Of a DNA stretch of 64,000 bases, positions 12,601 through 24,070 are shown one piece after another. The stretch lies in contig JBHGNT010000005.1 in NCBI GenBank assembly GCA_043228905.1, forward strand, positions 21,762,001 to 21,826,000. Reading direction: 5' to 3'. The first letter of the stretch is position 1. Each line of letters starts with the position of its first letter. The notes below the pieces were generated by a model, which was not told where the DNA came from, did no database searches, and saw nothing but the letters and a program-made list of their open reading frames with translations. The position numbers and the translations under genes are program-made. The DNA comes from Azolla caroliniana. Its lineage: Eukaryota > Plantae > Polypodiophyta.

Positions 12601-14600
12601 GCACAATACAAAAAACCCTTATTATCTAAACTCACTTATTGCAAGGTAAACCCTCTACAATTTTGTAATGCCAAATGACATAAAACGAACTCCTACAAAG
12701 ACAAGGTGCCCATAGAGCATAGCTACGAAATTTGCCAAATCAACTTTCCTTTTAGCTTACATATTTATTATGCGACTCTACAAAGTCCATCAAACAAGAA
12801 TCTATTTCTCAAGCTCTAAGTATACAATATACCCAATATCTAAAATTGTCAAACACAACCTTATATGATGGGAAGGTAGAGCTATAACACACTCAACGAA
12901 ACCCACTAAAAACATGACTAAACGATCCTAGTGTGACATAACAACCAACATGGCTTTAGCAATTAGGCATGTAATGAACCTATGTTCGGCTTCTTCATCA
13001 ACCATTGTATAGAAAATTTATGTACCATCTTAACTTTGTCTTTGTTTTAACGACATAGTCAAAGGCAACCTACACACCATTGCTTACAAAAAGAAACAAT
13101 TTCACGTGAAATGGAAGATGAGATTATCACCTTGCATATAAAACTCAAAACCACCATATTACAAATTTGGCAATGTGCCACGTATTTGAGGCATTCTTAA
13201 CTAACCTTGCCTAGTCTTTAACCAACTTATGGTATGCATAAGTAATGTGCACCACAAATATAAAATTTTTACTATCAAATAACAAATCTTTCAATTGTTC
13301 CTACATTGCCAACATTGGAATTAGAATTGCTAGTATTGATTGAAAATGCCAATATTTATAGCCAAATATAATCCTATTGCAAAGGCGTATGAAACGTTCT
13401 TCACAATGTCTAGAAGGCCGTAATTTTCCATTCACTAAACTATGACTTGAGACATTCTTTAACATCCCAATGTTGTAGAGTTGAGGACACAATTGCCTTT
13501 GTTAAAGAAAGATTTACTAACTTTTCGATACATAGGGAGTTACCAATTAAACAATTTCAAACTTTGTTGCCAAGGGAGCACAAAATATTGAATCATAATA
13601 TATTTTTGAACATTTAAATGAGCAAGCAATATTGCAAACAAGTCATCATGAAGTTGTAATGTTATCCCATGTTTCATACAAACCTTTTTCACAAAATGGC
13701 AAAACAATTATGCCCAATGTTGAGTTCTTATACACATACCTTTTAAGAGATTGAATCTTCAAACAACCATATGATCTTCCAAATTTAGTAGAGCTTTGGG
13801 TACATATACGACTCCACTAAAACCAACTCATACCACAACTTGATGATTTCTTCGAGAATGTATATTTTAGTGAACGAGTCAAATGATCAAGTGATTTCTT
13901 TTTCCATGGCTACGTGGCAAAAAACAACATATCAATGTAATCGTTATTCCTTGTACCTCTTTGAGATAAGTACCAAATGACCAAGCTTTGGACGATATAT
14001 AAATTTATCCAAGATTGTACCCTATATCCAATTCAAACTTTGAGAAGGGTGAGATATCAACACCAATAAGGTAACTTAGGTAACTTAAGTGGTGGCAAAC
14101 CTTTCTTTGATTAAATATTTCACCATGCCCTCTAAGATAAACCAAATCTCTTATAGTGCATCAGATATTCGATACTTTTGCAAATAAATATATAATCTTG
14201 ACACCAAGGCAAATACATTCCACACTTCCATGGATTTAGCTATAGGTAGAGCTTTGAGGAACAATAATGAGTTAGCATCCAATGTATGGACTATCAATTG
14301 TTTCTTAAATCGTTGATGCCAACTCATGAATTTAAACAAGAATCGGATGGGGAACAATGGCAAACAATAATGGTCACTCTACACACTTCACTATTTAACA
14401 TCACAACATACAACCCCAACATAAAAGTGGGATGAGACATCCTTGCACCAAAACCCATATGAGACATAAGTTGGGCAACAAAGGACCAATGTAAATGATC
14501 ATAAGACTTCTCTACATCTCGTTATATCATTACAATTTCTTTCTTTCTGTTTCTTCCAAAAAAGAATATACTCCATTAGTTAAACATGTCCTTCTGTACA
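12597..14600 (-). mobile_element. Old, degenerate L1-type LINE (3' half of ORF2), same family as the 47.4-51.3 kb LINE
   Basis: Minus-strand translations align in order with the 47-51 kb element: EIVMI..DVEKSYDHLHWSFVAQLM (vs ELIMVQLDSEKTYDRVNWSFVFGLM), MEVWNVFALVS (vs MLVWNQFALAS), HRFITCLIAK (vs HRFIQCPIAS), RYW...FDG...KLKG. Many stops and frameshifts. Confidence 0.8.
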
Positions 14601-14864
14601 CAACTTTAGTCCCCTTATCGGGTAGTCCTTGCCTAAATTATCCTATCATCCTCAGCTACTATATACCCCTATGTTGATTGTACAAAAGCTCGCCACCAGA
14701 AGTCTACTTACATTTGGGTGACTTCTCATATTTATCTTACACTTTCACATATGTCTCTAACTTACCTATACTTGGTTATATCTATTTCTGAGTTATCCAC
14801 CCACTATCCATACACATCATCTACATTCAATAGCCCACATGTAAGTTCTCTATGTATCTCATCT

Positions 14865-15250
14865 CATTCACGCAATCATTACAATTTCTTGTTTTGATTC
14901 CTTTGCATAATACATAGCCATTAGACATTCAAAATATTATGAAGAATGTCCCTTCCTGCAATAAACCCTTATTGCATTGGCTTGATAATAGAAGATAACA
15001 CCTTTTGAAGTTGATTTGCTACTACTTTTGCAAATATCTTATACAACCCACCCATTAATGATATCGGTCTCCACTTACCAATGGACATGGCAGAGATAAC
15101 ATTTGGTAGAAGCTTATCAGACCAAATTTCCGTAAATCAGACATCTTATTGGAACCCTAAACTTCTTGGAGCAATATTGTAATGGGGCCTTTAAGTTTTT
15201 CCATCCTCATTTAGCAAAACAAATAATTATAGCCAAATATGTTAATATCT
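14865..15250 (-). mobile_element. LINE reverse-transcriptase fragment (same family, separate fragment)
   Basis: Minus strand reads KWRPISLMGGLYKIFAKVVANQLQKVL...GFIAGRDILHNILNV...KESKQEIVMI, homologous to ORF 48978..49352. Confidence 0.8.
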
Positions 15251-16942
15251 GAGGTATATTCTATCCTCTTGGTTATTCTCCAGATCTTTGTTGTCAAAGC
15301 TACAGAGGTTGATTAGGAATGTTTTATGGGGATCTACTGATTTTAAGAATGTTAGACCAAAGGTAGCTTGGAAAACTATTATAGTGCCGACTTCTCAAGG
15401 GGGTTTAGGTTTGATAGATCCTCTGATGCAATGTAAGGCATTATTGGCAAAATTTATAATACGAGGATTACTGCCAGGAAATGAGCCGTGGAAGATGCTT
15501 CTTTAGTTGAGAATGAAAGAGGTCTTCTTGAAAACTGGAGTTGAATTGACAAGGTCTCTCTTGAACATCGAGAGTCACTACTCACTTTCACACGTATCAC
15601 GTGAAATGTAATATTTTTGTCTCATAGGATATATTTGACCTTCGAAGACGATAATATAATCTATCTATCTATCTCTGATGGTAGTTTATTCCTAACTTCC
15701 ATTCACATAAGATAGTGTTTCAATATGATAGGTTCTCTGTTGCAATAAAGCGAGCCTGGTGGTCCATAAAGGATAATTTGCAACAAGTCCGACCCACTTC
15801 AATGGATGAATGGTTACATTAGCCCTTGGTTTGGAATCCTTTATTTCTAGATGTTGAAGGATCTATGTTGGGGAGGAGAGTCAGATTAAATTGGGCTCAA
15901 GTGGATTCATCTTTTGTCTCATGGCTTAGTAATTGGCAACAATTTGTTCACAACCCCACTCATATTATTCAACAAGAATATAGAGGAATAAGAGGAGGAA
16001 ATGTGATACTTGATGAGTTAAGGAAGTTGCAGTTGTCCTTGCAGGATAATATACTTTCTAATTGTCATAAGTGGGTGGGATTATTAAATTTTAATTTTTA
16101 GGTTTTACTTGGAGTTCATGGCCTTAGAGATGATGATACTTTCTTAAGTTATGATGTTCTACAAGATGGACGATTAGGGATGATTCTTGAGGAAGATGAA
16201 TGTTTGGCTGAGGCTATATTAAAACCTATTAAAATTCTAGCTAAGGTAGATAAGGTTTGGGTCCTTGACCCTGATCCTAATGATGTTCATCCATGGTGGG
16301 ATCTATGGGTGGTGGGGAAAAAACCATTATGTGAATTGGGATAGGACCCAAGGGAATGGAAGTGGCTACCTACACCATATTCTGGGGAGGATGTTTGGCC
16401 GATTCCGTTTTTTCAGTATTCCATTCGATTGGGAAGGGAGATGATACGACGTAGGGTACCCCATTGTCCGACAACAGCTACAACATGGTTGACTTATAAT
16501 GTTGATCCTACTCATGTGACAACATTTTGGAAATGGCTATAGGCTATGCAAATTCCAAAGAAGATGATTCTATTTAGATGGTTGATTGTTCGTTATGTGT
16601 TTTCTGTTAGGGTTTGGGTGTATTGTAAAGATGTGGATAAAATGTGAGATTTTTGTGGGTTAGAAGTAGAGTCGTTTCATCACCTATTTTGGTCATGTAT
16701 GGCTCCCAAATTGGTTTGGAAAAGGTTTTTGCGTCTCTTGCATGAGTTGTATGGCTCTAGATTATATAAATGGGGGGCAATGATGTGGGATGATATCAAG
16801 GGTGAGGTACAAGATTATGAAAAATAAAAGGTTAACTTCGCATTGTATACAAGAGGTTGATATGTTGAGGAAGTGTTGCCATGTATGCCTATTAATTCAG
16901 CCCAGAATGGAGTGGTTTGGGAGACGATTATTTCAATAACCG

Positions 16943-16992
16943 TGTAAAGAAGGGGGAGACGTAGGTGATGTTGAGCAACGGAAGTGAACTCT

Positions 16993-17027
<35 letters not shown>

Positions 17028-17033
17028 TAAGAT

Positions 17034-17075
<42 letters not shown>

Positions 17076-17262
17076 GAACAAGAAGCTATATCGGTAAAAG
17101 GGTAAGATACATCCAAGACAAACTAAGTTACAAGGAGTTGGTTTAAATACCAACTAGTCTAGGGCAAGTGCCCTTTCTACTTATTATAAAACTAGCCTAG
17201 TATGATATCCACTAGCTAGTGTGAACACTACCTCTATGGGAAGTTGAATTTGACTCTCAACA
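16943..17262 (-). repeat. 3' LTR of the copia element (320 bp, contains (GT)n and (GA)n)
   Basis: Direct repeat of 22417-22737, roughly 90% identical by eye outside the microsatellites. Preceded on minus by the purine tract GGAAGGGGCA. Confidence 0.95.
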
Positions 17263-20200
17263 TGCCCCTTCCAACACAACTTCTGGATGCCGAAAGGTTG
17301 GTTCGGTTCAATCTTCAAAAAACTTCGATTCGGTTGAATCGGCTTCGGCTTTTGAGTTGTTTCGATTGTTCGGCTCTGTTGCACGAATGGTCAGTCAAAA
17401 TCGGTTTCGACTGTTCGATTGCTTCGTGCTCCTTGTTCGGCTTGATTGTTGCTATTCAACATTGACGATTACTGTTGCTTTTCGATACTCCCCCTTAAGC
17501 GCAGCTGGTCGGTGATTGAGAGACCAAGGTATGTCGAAACCCAGGGCTTTTGTGAAGATGTCGGCCACCTGAAGATTTGTGTTGATGTGTTGTAAATTGA
17601 CATCTCCAGCCTGAACGCGCTCCCAAATTAAATGGTATTGCACTTCGATATGCTTGGTCTGCGTGTGGAACACGAGATTCCGAGCCAGGTAGATACTGCT
17701 CATGTTGTCGTAGTATAGGATAATCGGATCCTTGATGGGAACACCCAGATCCTTCAATATGCGCGTCAACTAGACGGCCTTGCATGCGGTGACTGCCACA
17801 CCCTTGTATTCGGCTTCTTTGCTCGACAATGCTATTGTCGGCTGCTTTTTGTTGCTCTAGGAAATCGCTTTGATGCCGAGGGGGAAGACGAAACTTGACG
17901 TTGATCATTGATCGGCCTTATGCCGGCCAGTCTGCATCCGTGTACACTTCGAGCCAAATGATCGTATCAACTTGAATATGATGCTGAAATCCATCGTCCC
18001 ACGGACATACTGAAGTACCCTTAGCGCAATCGAGATGAACATTTCGAGGATTTTGCATGAATTGGCTATGTAGGCCGGTCGAATAGCCGAGGTCGGGTCG
18101 TGTGATAGTTAGATAGCTTACGTTGCCGATACTGAATCGGCTCACAATCTTTTGTTCCCGAATCGACATAGAGTTTGAGATTTCGATCGTGAGGGGTAGA
18201 CACAGGTTTGCACTCAGGCATTCCAAACTTGTAGAGTAAGTTGAGAATATAGTGTCGTTGAGAGATTAGTATCCCGATTGGTGTCCGAATTACTTCGATA
18301 CCGAGGAAGTAATGAAGCTTGTGCATATATTTCATTTCGAATCTGTGAGATATCAGTGAGTTGACCTTAGTAATGTCGGTGAGATCCTTGCCTCCAATGA
18401 CCAGATCATCCACGTACAGGATGATGACAATCGAGTTGTCCGACCCGTTTCTGATGTACATGGAGTTGTCCGATTTTGACATTCGAAAGCCGATTTTGAT
18501 GAAGATACTTGGTGATCTTCGAGTGCCAAGCATGCGGTGCTTGCGTGAGGTCGTACAAATGCTTCCTGAGTCGACATACTACTTTCGGGTGTTTGCTTGA
18601 TTCGAAACCAGGTGGTTGAATCATAAAGACCTCTTCAAATTCGCCTTGTAGGAAGGTGTTCTTCACATCCATTTGGTGGAGGTGCCACCCTTCTGCATCT
18701 GCGAGAGTATTAATTGTCCATACAGTCGGCATATTTGCCATTGGGGCAAAGGTCTCCTCTTAATCGACATCGTGAGTTTGAGCATATCCCTTGGCTACGA
18801 GGCTTGCTTTGGGGCGATTTACCTAACCATTGACATTGTATTTTACTTTGTATATCCACCAGGAGCCGATTGCTTTCTTGTGTGGCGAATGGGGGACAAG
18901 ATCCCATGTCTCGTTTTTGCGTAATGCTTGCATCTCCTCGTTCATTGCTTCGATCCATCGTGGATACTTGGCTACCTCGGAAAAGGTTTCCGGTTCTCGA
19001 ATAATAGCCACCTTCATCATAAAGGCATAATGGTATGTCATATACTCATCATAGCCGAAACAGCTGATTGGGTTTTTCTCCCGGGTGAAGCGACGAAGCT
19101 CCATTTTTCTGGATGATTGGAATGTTCAGGCCTTCGAACTCACTATCGAGGGAGTGAGGCGACTCATTGTCGATCAGATCTTCGTATTCTTGCATTTTGG
19201 CCTTCATTTTGTCTAGCTTCAGACTTGGCCGAGATGTGCTTTGATCACTCGGGGGCTCTTGTGGTCCACTCAACCTTGTCGTAATCGGATTTTCTTCGAA
19301 CATGTGCCTCAATCGATCTTCGTCTTCTATCTCTCGTTCGGTCGAATCTGAATTGACTGGGATCGGAATCAAAGTCATCTCTAGTTCGTACCAGGACGCC
19401 GACTTGTCGAAAACGACGCCTCGATTCACTTGAACTTTTCAGATGGATGGATTGTAACATTTGTACAACATTTGTTCAAGTAAGTATCCTACGAAGGTAC
19501 ATTTCTCCGACTTCGGGTCGAGCTTTTGTCACTTCTCATGAGGAATATGCACGTAGGCGATCAAGCCGAGTATCCGGATATGTGATAGATCTGGCTTCTT
19601 TCTGAAAAACTTCTCCTGAGGGGTTATGTCGTGTACCCTAGAGATTGTACACCTATTCGTGAGGTAGACAATTGTGTTAGCCGCTTGTGTCCAGCACGAT
19701 TTCGACAGGTTCTTCTCGTTCATCATGGCCCTTGCTACCTCTACTATGTGCCGATTCTTTCGTTTGGCTACTCCGTTTTGCTGAGGTATGTGTTGGAATG
19801 AGAATTCTCAATGAATTCCTTCCTTTCGAAGGTAATCCGTAGAATTGTCTGAGAAATACTCATTGCCTCCATCCGATCGAAAACATCAGACATGCTGACT
19901 TGTGGCTTTTTTGACTTCATTTTTGAACCTTTGGAAGTGTCTGAACACTTCACTCTTCTACTGCGTAGGCTAGATCCAACATGGCTCGAGAAGTCGTCCA
20001 TGAACGAGACATAATATCGGCAACCGCCGAATGTTGTCGTCTGGGTTGGTTCCCACACATATGAATGTACTACATCTAGGATCCCTTTGCTCCTCACATT
20101 TCTCTCTTTAGGGAATGGTTGTCAGTGTTGTTTGCCTAATTGGCAAGCTTCACATACACCAATTATCTCCTTTTCAGTAAATGTCAGGAGTTTGATTATG

Positions 20201-21431
20201 ACTCCTTTCGATTGCATTCGTTTAAACTTTTGGAGATTGATGTGGCCAATTCGCTTGTGCTACAGTTTCAAGTGAGTTTCGACTTTGAGGCTTTTGGTGA
20301 ACATAGGTGACTTAACCTCATTCAATTCGAGGATGAACATTCGGCCTTCTCTTTGACCGTGAGCGACTAATCGGCTTTCTTTCTCGGTGAAGTACCCTTC
20401 ATTATTGAATTGTACTTGCATACATTGTTCGACAATGTGGCTGATCGAGACCAGGTTTTTCGTGATGGTAGGAACATGTAAGACATTCTTTAGGTAGGTT
20501 CGTTTGCCATCATTCCCGAATGGGACATTTCCGATATGCCGAATCGAGTGAGTCATGTCATCTCTGGTTTTGACATAGTCGGGTCAATCGGGCTTTCTCA
20601 ACTCTCAGAACCAATCGTCGTGAGATGTCATGTGATTGGACACTCAAGAGTCTACAAACCATACATCGTCTAGGGAACAAGTGATGGTCGAATCCTATGC
20701 CACCATCGAATGTGCTTTATGCCTCATTATGAACATCCCCTGATGATAATCATAATCGGAATTCATGGCATAGTTCGTGTTGTTGCGATGGTTCGACCTG
20801 GCAGGATGGCACCCCTTCGATCGAACTCCCTAGAATTGTTCCCATCATCTTGCCATTGGTGGGAGTTGCGTTCTCGGGTTGGCTGACCCTGTCACCCATG
20901 GACGATTCGACCTCTATTTCTTTGGTTGAATCCTCTTCTATCGTCTGACTGGGAGCAGAGCATTTGACCATCATGTGCATTGCTCCTTTGTCGGGCATGA
21001 TTTTCTTCCACCAATAGTATCGACTGAAGGTGGAAAAAGGAAGGTGGATTCTTCCTTGCGAGAATGGCCGATCTAATCATGTTGAATCGTGGTGCTAAGC
21101 CGTTGAGGCATATTAGCACCATTTCGTCATCATCGATGATGACATTGAGTGACCCGATGGCATCACACAACTCCTTGATCTTCAAGGGATAGCCGGAGAT
21201 CGACATATCCCTTTGTTGTATGTTGTTTAACTCATGACGTGGTTGGAGCTTTCGTGCAGGCATGTTGGCCGCAAAAATCTTCTTGAGATTGCCCCAAGCT
21301 TCTTTCGGCGTTTTCGACTCTTGAATATAGCCAAGCATGTGATTGTGAACGCATGATGCAAGGTAATACAACACACAGCTTGCGGCATGCTCCTATGTTG
21401 GGTAGTCATCATGTGTTGGGTTGGGTTGCGT

Positions 21432-22176
21432 TGTCGTAGTATACTACGTGAAATATATACGGAGTACCTGATTAACTAAGAATAAAGAAATAGGAGAAAA
21501 TACTAATAATTATGTTACATGGATAGGGCAAGATTTGAACCTTGTGCCTCCATGTTAACAATTTCAAGCCTTACCATTGTACTAACACATTATGAGTAGT
21601 AATGTTATAGATTCTAGTTAGACAAAATTTATATCACGTAAATATTCTAATTTAGCACAATAGAAAGGGTTATTCATGCATACACACTCGAGTAAAGAAA
21701 AAGGCATGATAGAGAAAGTTATTCATCTACATCTAATGTGCATGAACACTTGAGTTAAAAGAACAATATGATAATAATAAAAAGCTAATCATGCACATGT
21801 AGTGTGCATGACCACTCGAGTTAGAGAAAAAGCATCATGCTTGCATGTAGCAAGATATACTTCATCTCTCCCATCACTATATAAGGATGGGGGGAAGCAA
21901 AATGTAAGGATTAATGATTTTTTGGGTTTCTAAATATTTATCTAATACATTACACACGTTTATTTCATGATTTTTCTTCTATCTATTCCATTATACTATT
22001 AGGATTCTAAGGATTGATTAATCTAATATAATACACTCGAGGGATTCACGAGGTGTCTATTTCTTTCTCTTCCAATCTTATATTCTTATTTGCCTTTGAA
22101 TTCTCCTCCTCCTAGTCCAAAACCTCGACGGTTCCCACCCGACTCACGCAACGATCTGACGCCGAAAGGCACGACA
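21432..22176 (+). mobile_element. Solo-LTR-like insert (745 bp) in copia gag
   Basis: Termini TGTCGT...ACGACA with flanks GCGT/ATGT (4-bp TSD with two transitions). Removing it restores gag ...EGVHETQPNPTHDDYP. TATA-like TATATAAGG at about 21878 on +, internal ~65-bp degenerate repeats, and a tRNA-like motif at 21524-21588 on minus. Confidence 0.85.
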
Positions 22177-22404
22177 ATGTTTCGTGAACTCCTTCGATAT
22201 AGCTTCGGTAACCTTGTCTGACATGGTATCGATGCACCTCGTATTCCCAAGATGCAAAGTTTGTCTTGTTGAGCTTCTCCGTAGGAAGAGCACTTCCCAT
22301 CTCAGTATTCATGATGTCGATTTCTTCTTTGTTGTTGAACTGGTTTTGTTGATCGTCGGTGTGTAGCACAACATAGTCGATTAAGCTTGATCAGATAACC
22401 ACAC

Positions 22405-22416
22405 GCTCTGATACCA
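22405..22416 (-). promoter_or_regulatory. Primer-binding site for initiator tRNA-Met
   Basis: Minus strand TGGTATCAGAGC directly after the LTR-terminal CA. Confidence 0.95.
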
Positions 22417-22489
22417 TGTAAAGAAGGAGAGACATAGGTGGTGTTGAGCAACGGAAGCAAGCTTTGAGTGAGTGTGTGTGTGTGTACAT

Positions 22490-22550
<61 letters not shown>

Positions 22551-22737
22551 GAACAAGAAGCCATATTGGTAAAAGGGTAAGATACATCCAACACAAACTA
22601 AGTTACAAGGAGATCGTTTAAATACTAACTAGTCTAGGGCAAGTGCCCTTTCTACTAAATTTAAAACTAGCCTAGTATGATGTCCACTGGCTAGTGTGAA
22701 CACTATCTCTATGGGAAGTTGAGTTCAACTCTTAACA
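22417..22737 (-). repeat. 5' LTR of the copia element (321 bp)
   Basis: TG...CA termini, immediately followed on minus by the PBS. Confidence 0.95.
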
Positions 22738-23349
22738 AACTGTATAGGTTTTGTGGACTAGTAGATGTCGAAGGATATTTCAGCAAATTTAATGGAATGT
22801 TGTGGTTGTAGTCAAGGAGATTTGGGTGACCTTGGTGCATACACTAAAAGGAGAATATGACACTATCAAAGGTGATTCAAATGTAGTCTTTTGAAAGCAA
22901 TAGGTTTTTAAGAAGAAATGGGAAAGGATGAAGGTATTTTGCATGGTTAATAGTGGTATACGTTGGAGGTATCAGCCACCACTCTGGGTATTTCCTCCAC
23001 CAACATGAGGCATGTGGCCATGTATAACTATTATTACTAATGCTTTGGGACATACGTATGTCTATAACAGTCCAAGAGCAGTTGAAAGGGTAAAAATCTA
23101 TGTTGAAATTTCAAGTAAATCGCTTTAAACATAATATAAACCATTGTTGGAAAATATATATATTCCGAGGTATACGAAACCCTGTTCACACAAATTTGAA
23201 GGGCTAGGAATTAAAATAAAAATCTGCAATGTTACCAATCTAATTTGCTTTATCGAATTATTTGATTTAGGTTCGAAACATTCTTTTCCATCCTAGTACA
23301 AGGGTTATGAGACTACAAGTATCACTTGTACGTAAATAATTATTATGTT

Positions 23350-24070
23350 GTTTGACTGTGCATGTTTTTTGCCGCTTGACCAATGTCAAACTTTCATGCC
23401 ATGAGACCACGAATTGTTGAACCATAAGGTATTTAGAACATCGAAATTACTGGGTACTATTCACAACATGCAACCATGAGACTTTATTCCTTGTTTTACC
23501 ATGCACTATGCCAACCTTCTTCCACAAAATAACAAACTATTTTTCCAAAGTATTGACTTCCAACACATATACCTTTATGGGGTGAAGTTTTAAGTGACCA
23601 CAAGATCTTTTAAATTTATTTACACAATTCCCCTCAATGTTTTGAAAACCGTACATGACACGATGAAAACCAACTCATGCCTATTCTTGACTCTTCCTTC
23701 CATAATATATAGTCGTGGACAAGCCAATCATCAAGTGATTTCTTTGTCCATGGTAACGATGGGAAAAGATAAGAAATCATAGGATCATAATTCTTTGATC
23801 CACTTTGAGTTGAGTGACAATGCCCAAGTTTGAGACTTCAAATACACAAGTCTATCAAGCTTGTACCCAATGTTAAAGTTAAAGTTTGAGAGCGTGAAAC
23901 GCCAACACCAATAAGGTAACTTAAATGATGACCAACGTAATATTGTTCCAGCATTTAACCATGGCATCGAAGATCAACCAAATGCTTCTTAGTGCATTGT
24001 ACAAGCAAAGATTTGTGTATAATAATTTCAAACTCAGATGCCAAGGCAAATGCATTCCACATTTTCGTGG
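23350..24070 (-). mobile_element. Degenerate LINE ORF2 fragment (family of the 47-51 kb LINE)
   Basis: Minus translations WNAFALAS, LPWTKKSL and HGKTRNKVSW match WNQFALAS, LSWTKKAL and HGRTTIKASW. Nucleotide similarity to 13850-14230 (shared CAACACCAATAAGGTAACTTA). Confidence 0.75.

Larger units (their letters stand above)
16943..22737 (-). mobile_element. Full-length, degenerate Ty1/copia LTR retrotransposon
   Basis: Two TG...CA LTRs (16943-17262 and 22417-22737). 5-bp TSD AACCG/AACTG (one CpG transition). PBS at 22405-22416 and PPT next to 17263. Domain order on minus is gag (MGSALPTEKLNKTNFASW), PR, IN, RT ([18 protein letters not shown]), RNase H (TKHIEVQYH). Many stops and frameshifts. 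Confidence 0.96.
15255..23040 (+). mobile_element. 5'-truncated L1-type LINE (post-RT region and zf-RVT) of a second family, split by a copia insertion
   Basis: LQRLIRNVLWG...KVAWKTIIVPTSQGGLGLID (15288-15506) and a zf-RVT-like segment at about 16530-16720 (FCGLEVESFHHLFWSC). The frame resumes across the copia element: WETIISIT|V*VLWTSRCRRIFQQ. Both ends are approximate. Confidence 0.8.
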
